From positions 9,052,001-9,116,000 of the forward strand of contig NC_090415.1 in NCBI RefSeq assembly GCF_036365525.1: a stretch of DNA of 64,000 nucleotides, written 5' to 3'. The notes beneath the pieces were generated by a model. That model made no database searches, was not told the origin of the DNA, and was given only the letters and a program-made list of their open reading frames with translations. Shown one piece after another: positions 1 to 13,009 of the stretch. The number at the start of each line of letters is the position of its first letter. Within the stretch, counting starts at the first letter, position 1. This stretch comes from Heterodontus francisci. Taxonomy: Eukaryota. The translations under genes and the position numbers were made by a program.

Positions 1-105
1 CACATGGACTGCAGCGGTTCAAGAAGGTTCGACAGCAATTCGTGATGGGCAATAAAATGCTGGCATAGCCAATAATGCACACATCCAACAAATGAATAAA
101 AAATA
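1..105 (+). mobile_element. 3' end of a CR1/L2-group LINE (tail ending in AATGAATAAAAAA)
   Basis: GATGGGCAATAAAATGCTGGCATAGCC...CACATCC...AATGAATAAAAAA resembles a common fish LINE 3' terminus; recognised by eye only. Confidence 0.45.
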
Positions 106-129
106 ATAACAATTTGGCACCGAGTCACT

Positions 130-700
130 AAAGGGGAGACCACTGGAGGGACAGAGACAGAGAGAGAAGGGGAGAGATGGAGTGACAGGGAGGGAAGGAC
201 AGATGGAGGGAGAGAGAGAGAGAGACAGAGATAGAAGGAGAGAGAGGGAGTGTCAGGAAGGGAAAGACAGATGGAGGGACAGAGTGAGAGACAGACAGAG
301 AAGGAGAGAGATGGAGTGTCAGGGAGGGAAAGACAGATGGAGGGATAGAGAGAGAGAGAGAGGCAGAGAGAGAAGAAGAGAGAGGGAGAAATAGACAGGG
401 AAAGACAGATGGAGGTAGAGAGAGAGAGAGAAGGAGACAGATGGAGTGACAGGGAGGGAAGGACAGATGGAGGGATAGAGAGAGAGACAGAGATAGAAGG
501 AGAGAGAGGGAGTGACAGAGAAACAGGCAGAGACAGAGATAGAAGGAGAGAGAGGGAGTGACAAGGAGGGAAAGACAGATGGAAAGACAGAGAGAGAGAC
601 AGAGAAAGAAGGAGAGAGAGGGAAAGACAGATGGAGGGACAGAGAGAGAAGGAGCGAGAGGGACTGTCAGGGAGGAAAAGACAGATGAAGGGACAGAGTG
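130..700. repeat. GA-rich degenerate minisatellite/microsatellite
   Basis: Recurring GAGTGACAGGGAGGGAAAGACAGATGGAGGGA(GA)n units about every 60 bp; almost all purine on +. Confidence 0.9.
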
Positions 701-729
701 TTCGGTGCTGTATCACTCCATGACTCTAA

Positions 730-1645
730 GTACTTCAGATGAGCCTCACCAAGGCCTTGTATAACTGCAGTAAAACATCTGTGCTCCTGTACTCAAATCC
801 TCTTGCAACGAAGGCCAACATACCATTTTCCTTCCTAATTGCTTGCTGCACCTGAATGCTTGCTTTCAGCGACTGATGTACAAGGACACCCAGGTCTCGT
901 TGCACCTCCCCCTTTCCCTATCTATCACTATTCAGATAATAATCTGCTTTACTGTTTTAAAACCAAAGTGGATAACTTCACTTTTATCCAATTTATATTT
1001 CATCTGCCACACAGTTGCCTACTCACCCAACTTGTCCAAATCACATTGGAGCCTTTTGCATCCTCCTCACAGCTCACAATCCCCCCCCAAACCCCACCCC
1101 CAGCTCTGTGTCATCTGCAAACCTGGAAATGTTACATTTACTTCCCTCACCCAAGTCTGTAAGATATATTGTGAATAGCTGGGGCTCAAGCACAGTTTCC
1201 TGCAGTACCCCACTGGACACTGCCTGCCACCCAGAAATATACCCATTTATTCCTACTCTGTTTCCTGTCTGTCAACTAATTCCCAATCCCTGCCAGTATA
1301 TTACCCCCAATCCCATGTGCTTTAATTTTGCACACTAACCTCTTATGTGGGACCTTGTCAAAAGCCTTCTGAAAATCCAAATACACCACATCCACTAGTT
1401 CTCCATTATCGAGTCTGCTAGTTACATCCTCAAAAAACTCCAGTGGATTTGTTAAGCATGACTTCCCTTTCGTAAAACTATCACATCCTTTATAATAGAC
1501 TCCAGCATTTTCCCCACCACTGATGTAAGGTTCTGTCTGTAATTCCTTTTTTTTTCTCTCCCTCCTTGTTTTAAATAGTGGGGTTACATTTTCCACCCTC
1601 CAATCTGTACGAACTGCTCCAGAGTCTACAGCATTTTGGAATATC
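730..1645 (-). mobile_element. Decayed CR1 LINE ORF2 (RT) fragment
   Basis: Translation FTKGKSCLTNPLEFFEDVTSRLDNGELVDVVYLDFQKAFDKVPHKRL; frameshifted. Confidence 0.9.
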
Positions 1646-2834
1646 CGGTACTTCATATGTATCTCAGACATTGTGTTGACAACTCTTTGTTTCACACGTT
1701 AATGTATCAATATGTGTTTACTTGTGTTTAATTTAAAATATGGATTAACAATGTTTTATTGCTGTAGGTTTTATTCAATTCTTGTTTGTGAGTTGTGCTT
1801 TTTATCCAATTTGTATCTCTGCAAAAGCAATTGTGAATGACAATCTTTCAATTTCAGAGTATGACCTGACATGTAATGTTAAATTCCATCGGTTTGTAGT
1901 AAATGAATTAATCCTGTATGTTTTTGTTTGACCCTTAGTGACATGTTTACACTGGTGTGTAATTTGTAGCTCAGTTTATATTGTGGGGTACGTTATTGGG
2001 ATTCATTCTGTAGCTTTCAATCAGGTACATTTTGTCTGTTCTGTTTAAGGTTTGGTATTTGAATTGGAGCCAAAGTGACACAGTGTATTTAAATCAGATA
2101 ATGTGTGTGTTTTTGGACTGTGATTCATGTATCTACCAGTCAGTTGGAGAGAAATAGAAACAAATACTATCTCTACTGCTCTGTTTGACTATTGGATTGA
2201 TAATGTGTCTCTTTGGGATCAGTCTGGGTCTGACTACTTCTTTTGTTTGTTACAGTGGAAACGATGACCTGACCGTGTCACTGTGCTTTGTGACTGATAC
2301 TGTACCTAATATGTGTTGGAACGAGCTGGAGGTACTTTTCCATCTATTGATGAGTCATGACTTTCGTTCTGGTTCCTTCGAGTGTTTGCCTGGCAGAAAA
2401 AAAAGGTAACTCTTACACTTGAAGAACAGGTGAGTGAGAAGACACAAAAGTGATTAATGTAATATTTTCAAGAATAATCATTCTGAGCAAATCACAAAAG
2501 GAAAGTTCACACATAAGCAGTGTCAGTGTCTGAGTCCACTGCAGTACTGCAGCACTCTGCTTCTGTTTCCCAGGTATTTGGAGCAGTTTTACAGCAATGT
2601 TGTGACATTCAGAAACAACACATGCCCCGCAGTGCACAATGACTCGGACGACTCAATGGAGAAGTGACATTTGCACAAGCCAGAGTTCTATTTCCATGTC
2701 CAATTTATCAATGGACAAGAAGTAATAACTGTTTAAAAAAGTGTCCTTAATCTCCTCACCTGATCCTGCAATAGACAGTCTTTGAAAATCTTCCGTGTCT
2801 TCATTATTCAGCCATTTTTCCCCCACCATTCATC

Positions 2835-3170
2835 GAGAGATACAATACCCAAACAAGCCCTTCAGCCCATCGAGTCCATGCTGACCACCAACCACCCATT
2901 TATACCAATCTATATTAATCCCATTTCTACCTCTAAAGTCCCCACTATTCTCCTACAACATACATACACCAGGGGCATTTTATTTTAACAATGGCTCATT
3001 TACCTATCAACTTGAAAGTCTTTGGCATGTGGAAGGAAACCAGAGCACCCAGCGGAAACCCATGCAGTCACAGGGAAAACTTGCAAAATCCACACAAGCA
3101 GGACGAAGAACCATACCAATGTCACTCGAGCTGAGAGGCTGCGGTGCTGGTCACTGTGCCACTCTGCCAC
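2835..3170 (-). mobile_element. V-SINE (HE1-like), diverged
   Basis: Reverse complement has tRNA-like head GTGGCACAGTG, V-domain TGGGTTTCCGCTGGGTGCTCTGGTTTCC and a CR1-like tail. Confidence 0.8.
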
Positions 3171-3419
3171 CCACTTCACTATCCAACAACAACAAACAGT
3201 GAGATATTGAATCCGAACCAGGAACATTCATTACAGTTTGGAGAGAGAAATCAGAAATGATTTTGAAAAAGGGAGTTCATCATATTCTGTCTCTCTCTCC
3301 CTGTCTAGACACTGCCCGTGAAAGACCTCTCCCTTTCCCCTGGCTCAGTCCACATTCCGGGACCAGTTCCTGCTTCACAGTGCATATTACAAACAGTCCC
3401 CCAGTCCTGCTGAATTAGC

Positions 3420-6400
3420 AGAAGTAGACCATTCAGCCGCTCGAGCTTGCTCCGCTATTCAATTTGTTCATGGCTGATCAATTTCTGAGTTGAATTCCAC
3501 ACTCCCATCTATGCCTGATAATCTTTGATTCCCTTGCCTAACAAGAATCTATCTACCCCTGCCTTAAAAATATTCAATTACCCCACCTCCACCACCTTCT
3601 GAGGCAGAGAACTCCAAAGTTGCACAACCCTCGGAGAGAAAAAAATCTCATCTCTGTCCTAAAATGGCGACCCTAATTCTAAAACAGCACCCCCGAGTTT
3701 TGAACTCATCCACAAGAGGAAACATCCTTTCCCCATCCACTTGTCAAGACCATTCAGGATCTTATACACTTCAATCAAGTCTCCCCTCACTCTTCTAAAC
3801 TCCAGTGAAGAAAAGCCCAGTCTGTCCAACCTTTCCTCATAAGACAACCCACTCATTCCAGGTATCAATCTAATAAACCTCCTGTGAAACGCCTCCAACA
3901 CATTTACTTCCTTCCTGAAATATGGAGACTAAAACTGCACGCAGTATTCAAGATGTGGTCACACCAATGCCCTGTATAACTGAAGCATAACATTCTTCCA
4001 TTTATTTTCAATTCCTCTCATGATAAAGGATAGTATTCCATTTTCCTTCTTGATGACTTGCTGTACCTGCATACTAACTTTTCATGACTCATGCACCAGA
4101 ACACCTAGATCCCTCTGCACCTCGGAATTATGCAGTTGTTCTCCATTTAAGTAATACTTTGTTTTTTTAATCTTCCAGACAAAGTGAACAACTTCACATT
4201 TTTTCACATTATACTTCATCTGCCAGATTTCTGACCACTCACTCAACCATCTATCAAGGTCTGCAACCTCCTTCTGTCCTCTTCACAACACACTTTCCTA
4301 CCGATCTGTGTGTCATCTGCAAATTTAACTGCCATGCCATTGCTCCCCTCATCTAGGTTATGGATATAAATTGTAAAAAGTTGTGGGCCCAGCACAGACC
4401 CCTGTGTTACTCCACCTATCACATCCTCCCGATCAGAATGTTTTCTGTCAGCCAGCCAATCTTCTATCCATGCTAATTAAGTTACCCACTACACCATGAA
4501 CTCCTGCTTTGCACAATAACCTTTCATGTGGCACCTTGACAAAGGCCTTCTTGAAAACCAAATACTGTATGTCAATGGGCTCCCCTTTATCCCCAGTGCA
4601 TTTTCCTCCTTGAAAGAACTCGAACACTTTGATTAACCATGATTTCCCTTTCACATAGCCATGCTGAACATTTCCAATGACATTGTGTTTTTCTAAATGC
4701 CCAGCTATAGCCTCCTTAATGATCAATTCTAATGCCTTCCCTGAATCCAGGGTCAAGCTAACTGGCCTTTAGTTACCCAATTTCTGCCACCACACCTTCT
4801 TGAATAGAGGGGTTATATTTGCTACTTTCCAGTCTGATGGAACCTTTCTAGAATCTTGCAAATCTTGAAAAAATAACGAGTCAACTATTTCAGCAGCCAT
4901 AACTTTAAGGACCCGAGGATGAAGCCCATCAGGACCCAGAGACTTGTCAGCCAGCAGCTCCATCAGTTTATTCAGTACCACTTCCCTGGTGATTATAACT
5001 TCACCAAGTTCCTCTCTTCCTTCCACCTCCTGATTTACTGCTATTACTGAAATATTTTGTGTATCCTCTAGTGAAGACAGAAGCCAAATAATTGTTCATT
5101 TCAACCACCATTTCCTTATTCGCTACTATTAACTCCCCATTCTCATTCTCTAAAGGACCAACACTCACTTTACTTACACTTTTCCTTTTTAAATACCTAT
5201 GGAAACTCTTGCGATCCGTTTTTACATTTCTAGCTAGTTTGCTGTCATAATCTAATTTATTTTCCCCTGATTAACCTTTCAGTCATTCTCTGCCATTCAT
5301 TATATTCTGACCAATCATCTGACCTGCCACTCGTCTTTGCACTGTTATATGCATTTTCTTTAAGGTTGAGGTTATCATTAACTTCTTTAGTTAACCATGG
5401 ATGGTGGGTCCTCCCCTTGGAATTTTACTTTACTGTAAGAGTATACTTTGAGTATTCTGAAATATCCCCTTAAATGTCTGCTACTGCTTCTCTATTAATT
5501 TATCTCCAAGCCTAGAAACCCAGTTCAATTCAGCTGGCTCAGCTTTCATGCCCACATAGTTGTCCTTATTGAAGTTTAAAATACTCGTCTTGGACCCAAT
5601 CCTCTCAATTTCAAACTGGATGCAAAATTCAATCATATTGTGGTTGCTGCTACCTCGAGGTTCCTTTACTCTGAGGTCATTAATTAACCCTGTTAAATTA
5701 CACAATACCAAATCTAATATAACCCTGGCTGGATGGTTCCAGAATGTACCGCTCTCAGAAACTATCTCAAAAAGCATTCTATGAACTCCTCGTCCAGGCT
5801 GCTATAACCAATCTGAATTTTCCAGTTGAAATGTTAAACAAAATCCTCATTATTATTTCTATCCCTTTATCACAAGCACCCAAAATTCGTTCTTGTATAC
5901 TTCACCCTACATTGTCATTATTGCTTGGGGGCCTGTACACAACTCCCACGAGTGACTTCTTTCCCCGACTATTCCTCATCATCACCCAAACCGATTCTAC
6001 ATCCTGATCTCCTGAAGCAAGGTCATCTCTAACTATTGCACCAATGCCATCCTTGATTAACATTGCAACCCCTCCACCTTTACCTTGCTTCCTATTCTTC
6101 TTGAATGCTGTATATGCCTCAGTATTCAGGACCCAACCATTGTTATCTTGTAACCATGTCTCTGTAATGGCTATTATATCACATTTATTTACTTCAATGT
6201 GCACTATCTGTTCCTCTACCTTGTTATGAATGCTATGTGCATTCACATACAGAGCCTTAGATTTTTATTATCTTTGTAACCCATCGTGTTGACTGTTGCT
6301 GTGTTCTTAGGTTTTTTTCTCTCTGTCCCTTCCGCCATTCACTGGTCTTCATTTCCCATATTACTATTCTGCTCTCTTGCCTTGACTCTACCCCTTGATT

Positions 6401-6590
6401 TGTTGCATCTACCCAAGCTTGATCCCTCTGTTTAGTTCAAAGCCCTCTCTATTTCCCTAGTTATGCAGTTTGCCAGAACACTGGTCCAAGCCGTTTCAGG
6501 TGCAGACCGTCAGAATGGTACAGCCCCCATTTTCTCCAGTAATGGTGCCAGTGCCCCATGAACTGAACCCCACTTCTCCCACACCAGTCT
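3420..6590 (-). mobile_element. Decayed CR1 LINE: end of ORF1, APE endonuclease and RT
   Basis: NAHSIHNK..IIAITETWL..GGGVA..VVYRPP (EN), GPDGLHPRVLK..DWKVANITPLFKK (RT), FRRVRGDLIEVYKIL (C-terminus); many stops and frameshifts. Confidence 0.92.
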
Positions 6591-6599
6591 TTTGGAGTG

Positions 6600-7140
6600 T
6601 AAGTGTCAATGTATACCTCTCAATTCCCTAGTCTACAATTTATCACTGTCAGTTTCTGATTTTGAGTGTGAGTTTTTCTGTACCTGTTTTATGTGGGAAT
6701 CATCTTATTCTGACCCTTTCAAATTTTGATGTGTCTGTGTGTCTGGCTTGTACTTTATTCCCATCAGTTTAGGGTATGTGAGTGTGGATTTGACTGTTAA
6801 TGTTACATTCTTGGGAATATATATATTAAAAAAAAGATATGGGGGTTCACATTTCATCTTTGATTGTCTAGAAGGCCAATTTAAGGTTTAACCTGTGCCC
6901 TTAAATTTCTAACATGTAGCTGTGGTTTTTAACCTGTCATTGTCACTATCTGTTATAAGAGTAAGGATATCATTCTGGTTTTTAACTGTGGATTTTTCAC
7001 CACATCTCTACATTGTCTCGGAAGTGAATGTGATCTTCAGTCTGTACATGCCTGTTTCTAACATATGGCTCTGAGGTTTAATTTGTACATGTCATTCCCT
7101 GGTATGTGACGGCCAATTCTATTCTGAACCTGTCAGTTTT
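6600..7140. repeat. Degenerate 40-bp tandem repeat (T/G-rich on +)
   Basis: Recurring TCTGTACCTGTCAGTTTCTG..TGTGAGTGTGG-like motifs at about 40-bp spacing. Confidence 0.7.
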
Positions 7141-7410
7141 TGTCTGTGCGGAGTTTGCAAGTTCTCCCTGTGACCGCATGGTTTTCCGCCGGGTGCTCTG
7201 GTTTCCTCCCACAGCCAAAGACTTGCAGGTTGATAGGTGAATTGGCCATTGTAAATTCCCTCTAGCGTTGGTAGGACAATGGTGGGGATGTGGTAGGGAA
7301 TATGGGGTTATTGGTATTGGTATAAATGGGTGGTTGTTGGTCGGCAGAGACTTGGTGGGCCGAAGGGCCTGTTTCAGTTCTGCATCTCTAAATAAATAAA
7401 ATAAATAAAT
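7140..7410 (+). mobile_element. V-SINE, 5'-truncated, (TAAA)n tail
   Basis: TGTGCGGAGTTTGCAAGTTCTCCCTGTG...GGGCCGAAGGGCCTGTTTCAG..CTCTAAATAAATAAA. Confidence 0.85.
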
Positions 7411-8763
7411 ATATGCAAGCTACTGATACTGTGTCTGTATATTTGATTCATTCCTGATCTGTGAGGCTCTGGCACCCTGGTTGAGTGTAGGATTCACTCT
7501 GCATCTATGTGTCTTTGTGCTGTATGTGAGTTGAGATCCTGCTGTATTCAGGACTTAATATATGTCTCAGGCACTGTGTTGTCATCGCTTTGTTTCACAC
7601 GTTAATGTATCAATATGTGTTTAATTTAAAATATGGATAAACAAAATTTTATTGCTGTAGGTTTTATGCAATTCTTGTTTGAGTTGCAGTTTGGTATCCA
7701 ATTGTAGCTCTGCAAAAGCAATTATGAATGACGAGCTTTTAATTTTAGAGCATGACCTGATATGCAATGTCAAATTCCATCCGTTTGTAGAAAATGAATT
7801 AATCCTATGTGTTTTTGTCTGACCCTGAGTGACATGTTTGGACTGGTGTGTAATTTGTAGTTCAGTTTATATTCTGGGGTATGTTATTGGGATTCATTCT
7901 GTAGTTTCAATCAGGTACATTTTGTCTGTTCTACTTAAGATTTGGGAATTGATTTGTAGTCAAGGCAACACAATGTATTTAATTCTGATAATGTGTGTGT
8001 TTTTGGACTGTGATTGATGTATCTACCAGTCAGTTGGAGTGAAATAGAAATGACGACTATCTCTACTGCTCTGTTTGACTATTGAATTGATAATGCGTCT
8101 CTTGGGATCAGTGTTGGTTTGACTACTTCTTTTGTTTGTTACACTGAAAATGATAATCTGACCATGTCACTGTGCTTTGTGACTGATACTGTACCTACTG
8201 TGTATTGGAACGAGTTGGATGCACATTTCCTTCTGTCGAGGAGTCATGCCTTTCCATCTGGTTCCTTCAACTGTTTGCCTGCAGGAAAAGAAAGGTAACT
8301 CTTATACTTGAATAACAGCTGAGTGAGAAGACAGAAAAGTGATCAAAGTAATCTTTTCAATAATAAACATTCTGAACAATCACAAAAGGAAAGTCAACAA
8401 CACAAGCAGTGTCAGTGTCTGAGTCCACTGCAGTATTGCAGAACTCTGCTTCTACTTGCCAGATATTTGGAGCGGTTTTATAACAATTTTGTGACATTCA
8501 AAAACAACCCAAGCCCCGCACTGCTCCATGAATTGGAATACCCGATCAAGTAGTGACATTTGTGTAAGCCAGATTTCTATTTCCATGTCCCATTGTTCAA
8601 CGGACAACAAGTAAGCACTGTTTAAAAAAAGTGTCTTTAATCTTCTCACCTGATCCCTTCAAATCTGCCGCATCTTTATTGTTCAGCCTTTTTTTTTTCT
8701 GCTGTTCACTATCTATTAACAATAAATAGTGAGATACTGGATCTGAACCAGGAACATTCATTA

Positions 8764-9238
8764 CTGAAGAAGGGTCACTGACCTGAAACGTTAACTCTAT
8801 TTCTCTCTCCAAAGATGCAGCCAGACCTGCTGAGTTTAGTTTAGTTTAGCTTAGAGATACAGCACTCAAACAGGCCCATCGGCCCACCGAGTCTGTGCCG
8901 ACCATCAACCACCCATTGATACTAATCCTACACTGATCCCATATTCCTACCACATCCCCAACTGTCCCTATATTTCCCTACCACCTACCTATACTAGGGG
9001 CAATTTATAATGGCCAATTTGCCCACCAACCTGCAAGTCTTTTGGCTTGTGGGAGGAAACCGGAGCACCCGGAGAAAACCCACGCAGACACAGGGAGAAC
9101 TTGCAAACTCCACACAGACAGTACCCTGAATTGAACCCGGGTCGCTGGAGCTGTGAGGCTGCGGTGCTAACCACTGCGCCACATTTCTTGTTTTTATTTC
9201 AGATTTCCAGCATCCGCAGTATTTTGCTTTTTATTGTC
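8764..9238 (+). mobile_element. Penelope-like element terminal fragment with hammerhead-like motif, interrupted by a SINE
   Basis: CTGAAGAAGGGTCACTGACCTGAAACGTTAAC..GATGCAGCCAGACCTGCTGAG, the same tail as the GIY-YIG element at 18176; flanked by duplicated ACATTCATTACT. Confidence 0.75.
8834..9182 (-). mobile_element. Full-length V-SINE (HE1-like) with (TAAAC)n tail
   Basis: Reverse complement TGGCGCAGTGGTTAGC (A box)..GGGTTCAATTC (B box), V-domain, CR1-derived tail. Confidence 0.9.
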
Positions 9239-9599
9239 ACATTCATTACTGTTTGGAGAGAGAAATCAGCAATGATTTTCAATAGTGAGTTCATCATATT
9301 CTGTCTCTCTCTCCCTGTCCAGACACTGCCTGAGAAAGACCTCTCCCTTCCCCCCCAGCTCACTCCATGTTCCAGGACCAGTTCCTGCTCCACAATGTAC
9401 ATTACAAACTGTCCCCCACTCCCGCTGAATGTACCCGGTAATCAATGCTAATCTATGAGCACATCGGCAGACGCGGGCCCAAATCTGTTGTACTGCTGTG
9501 AGCAGATACTGTTTGTTCACTTACCCCAGGCTTGTAATGTCTCCATTTGCAGCTGATTTAAACAATCACAGTGAATGGCGCTCAGAGGCAGAGCTGGGG

Positions 9600-9665
9600 G
9601 ATGGGGTGCGCATGCGCTCTTCTCCGCGTTATGACGTCACATTCGACTGTCCTTTCTCGCGCGTG
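9600..9665. promoter_or_regulatory. Candidate promoter: NRF1 site plus full CRE
   Basis: TGCGCATGCGC at 9607-9617 and TGACGTCA at 9632-9639 in a CpG-richer patch. Confidence 0.5.
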
Positions 9666-12269
9666 AGCAGATCTCTGCAATAATTCAGCAAATAAACATC
9701 AATGGGAACTTTCCCCAATGTCCACATTGAAAAGTCAAACATGGGGTTAGGGTGGAGGGAGGGAGGGGAAGTGTGGGGGAACATGGAACATAGAAAACTG
9801 GCAGCTGGTCCCATTTAGATGCTCAAATTGCGGACTCTGTCTGCAGGGTGTTTGTTACTATTGAGCCCCTCTTCTCAAAGCGACAGAAACATGGGAAGAA
9901 TGAGGGAGCCGGTGTGTTTGCTGGGACTTTGCAGAGTTAATATCAGCCAGCAACATTTTATTTTACCCGAGTGAAAACCCAGGTCAATGAGAGTAATACC
10001 GGACGGCAATCTTCATCGTTTTATTTTAAACAAGAGACACGCGATTACACCGGACACACAAGCACAGTGAGAATAGAGCTGGACCGTCCCAGAGTCCCAG
10101 CTCCCGGTTGTTAAATGTCCTCATGTACACAGTCTTTGCTGTGATTTTCAGGGGTTAGTTGCCGATGCCTAGGTCTGTATCCCTTAAACACTCTGAGACA
10201 GGAGATTCTCGCAGTCCCTGTTGTAATATTGATGGACGGGGATTTTTCCAATCTTTGGCCGAGTCGATCATCACCTGCTGTTCAATCATGTTATTATGCA
10301 AAGAATTAATGAGACATTCTGTTCACTACTCAGGCCTTGAACTCGGTTTGAGCAGACCAAAAACTGAAAGGTTCAGCACTTTTCCAGATAGAGCAGGTAA
10401 AGCTGGATAGAGGGACTCAGGGTGAATCCTACACACACAGGATAGAAGCAGTGACAGGTACTCAGGGAGGGGAACTGGTCTCCTTTCTGTTACCTCCTCA
10501 CCCAAAAAGAGACAGTTAGAGACTGATTAAACATCCACCCCACTGCAATTCAGTACTGGAGAAAGACATAGACTCATCTACTCCATCCTTCCTTACTGTA
10601 TCTGTGACATGGTACAAGGGAAAGTTTTCCAAAGCCCCTCACTCACAGACAGCAACTGACGTGTGTTCAGTCAGTATTCGTCTATCACTTAGTCTGAACA
10701 GGGGTCTCTCCAAAAACCTGCAAATGCAGAATCCGGAAGCAGCTGTTTTGCTCAGAAATTGGTCGTTGCAGGAGAACCCCTGGCTGAGTGTGGAAACATT
10801 TTAGATATGTCCTCAAATCATCTCTCATTTGGGAAGATAGTTTACAGTTCAGGGAAATTTGTCGGTAACATGTGAAGTCGAGGCTCGAAGGCAGCATCCA
10901 TACCTCCAAACGGGTCATTTACCTGAACCCTTCTAACACCACCTAACCCTCATGTGGCAGAGTCTGCAGATCATGCATTGGATTTATCAGCTATTTCAGA
11001 ACCCATCAAACTGGAGTGTAAAAAGTCATCCATAATCGCAGGGGACTGTCTGAGATGGAGGAGAATAAATAGGTCAATATGACGATCATCAATAATAATA
11101 AAGTGCATAGGGAGGAGAGCGAGAGGAGGGAGATAGAATAGAGAGGGGAAGTGGAGACAGAAAATGTCCTGTGATTATTGGCCAAAATAGACCTACAAGG
11201 TACAAACTCAAGTTCTGTGATCAAGTCTGAGAGTTTATTAAGCTTAACTAAGATAGATAAAGTGAATGTTTAACAACAGCAATAGGTTTACAGCATCACT
11301 CAGCACCGGTTCTTGTTTCTGTGCTTGCTGGGGCGTGGACTTCTCTCTTTCTGCTTCCCTTGCTGTTTTCTTGACCGTACTCTATCTTCTCCTTCTAAGT
11401 GTGATAATGATGTTCCGTGGACCCCTCTGTAAGTGCCGACAATGTCCCGTAACACCCTTTCTTTTACCCTTCTTTGGGTGCAAGGATGTCACCATATTAG
11501 CTTTGAATTGTTTGAAGTATCCTAATTGGACCAAGTTGACATCATTGTTTGACCCTAGTTAGTTAATGGTTCAATCTACACACATTACAGATACTTCCTG
11601 TTCCTTTCTATTTTAACAAGGATACTAAAGGTCACATTCTTGCTGATAGAAGCCATTTTTTGAAATTCTACAGTGTCCTATTTCTCTCATCTCACCCCCT
11701 GTAAGGATGCTGTGGTCTTCAACCTATCTCTCCCATTGTCCTTACATAGAGGTTTTAACGGACTATAGCCTTGTAATGTCATTTCATAATGAAGCAAGCA
11801 TTAGCTCAAACAGACTGTAATATATTGATGTACATAGCATACAATTAGTCCTATTATTGTAGCTGTCCTTATTATTCACAAAGGTAAAATATGTCATGAT
11901 CCATCACCCCCACATTGTGGGCCCCCTCCTGCTGCATGACTTTTCCTTTATGTCGTGACTCAGTGCATCATCCACACAGACACATCTCTCAACATGGCAT
12001 TTTGACATATTCCTGTGAAGATGACCGTCATGCTTTGCCATCCAGCCTTGACATAGCAGTTCTTGCATAAATGTAAGCCATGGAAATGCTCTAACCTTTA
12101 CACAGAGTATAGCAGTGTTCAGGTGATACAGAAAATCCAGTGAATTGGGCAGAGACAATCAGTTGATCTATCAAAGTCTCTTAGTTTGATGCTCCTATCT
12201 ATACTACTTAATACACAACTATTCATTTGCACCTGAAAAGCTTGGATAGATGACTCTGGATTGTGTTCT

Positions 12270-12600
12270 GTAAGTAAGGGGTTGTTCTCCTTAGCGAAAT
12301 GGAGATTGAGAGGAGGTTTGATAGAGGTGTATATAAGTTAGACAAGGATAACCTGTTCCCATTAGCTGATGGTACAAGGACTAGGAGACACAGACTGATG
12401 GTTTATGGCAAGAGATGGAAGGGAATGTGAGGAAGAACTTTTTCTGTTTTACCTGCTGGACCTCGCTGTCCACAAGTGTGGTGGAAGGAGAGACAATCAA
12501 TGATTTCAATAAGAAACTGGATAAGCACTTGAAGGAAACAAACTTGCTGCAGGGCGACGCTGATCAAGCAAGGAAGTGAATCTGATTGGATGTTGAGAAT
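12270..12600 (+). mobile_element. Old CR1 3' fragment
   Basis: GGGTTGTTCTCCTTAG..GAGATTGAGAGGAGGTTTGATAGAGGTGTA..ACAAGGACTAGGAGACACAG, typical of the CR1 ORF2 end. Confidence 0.65.
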
Positions 12601-13009
12601 ATTTTGGAAGCTTTCTTTCTGAATTTGCATTGACATTTTTTAAACTGCAAAATTCCACAGCACACTTGACCATCAACTTTAAGGGAGAAGAACATAATGT
12701 TGAGAATATTTGTCGACTTCAATTCAGTCATGGCTTTTCATTTGTAACATTCTATGGCAAGGTTGCAGAAATATATGTGACCGCGAGTGGACATTGCGAT
12801 GACCGGGAATCTAATCTGGGTCAATTGTTTGGAAGGCAGATATACTCACCACTATACCAGCATCGCTGGCATACATGTAGCTCGTCATTTATACAGTATA
12901 CAGACCAGAGCTCATTGGAACTCAAATGTCATTTCAACCATTTCAATCTGCACCTTAACACCACGTTCATGTTCCCATTGGAGGATAGAATCATGGAATG
13001 GTTACATCA

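Larger units (their letters stand above)
703..7140. repeat. Segmental duplicate, closely similar to about 38735-45040 and more distantly to about 48700-60110
   Basis: Collinear near-identical sequence, e.g. ORFs 839..1162 vs 38873..39214 and 5902..6246 vs 43932..44276 vs 58900..59244. Confidence 0.95.
7420..9430. repeat. Partial, older segmental duplicate lacking the CR1 insertion seen at 48180-54780
   Basis: 7420-7550 matches 48050-48180 and 7550-9430 matches 54785-56360 (also 1650-3415). Confidence 0.85.

Noticed and set aside
182-764. R/E-rich and S/L-rich ORFs
   Set aside because: Translations of GA-rich simple repeat.
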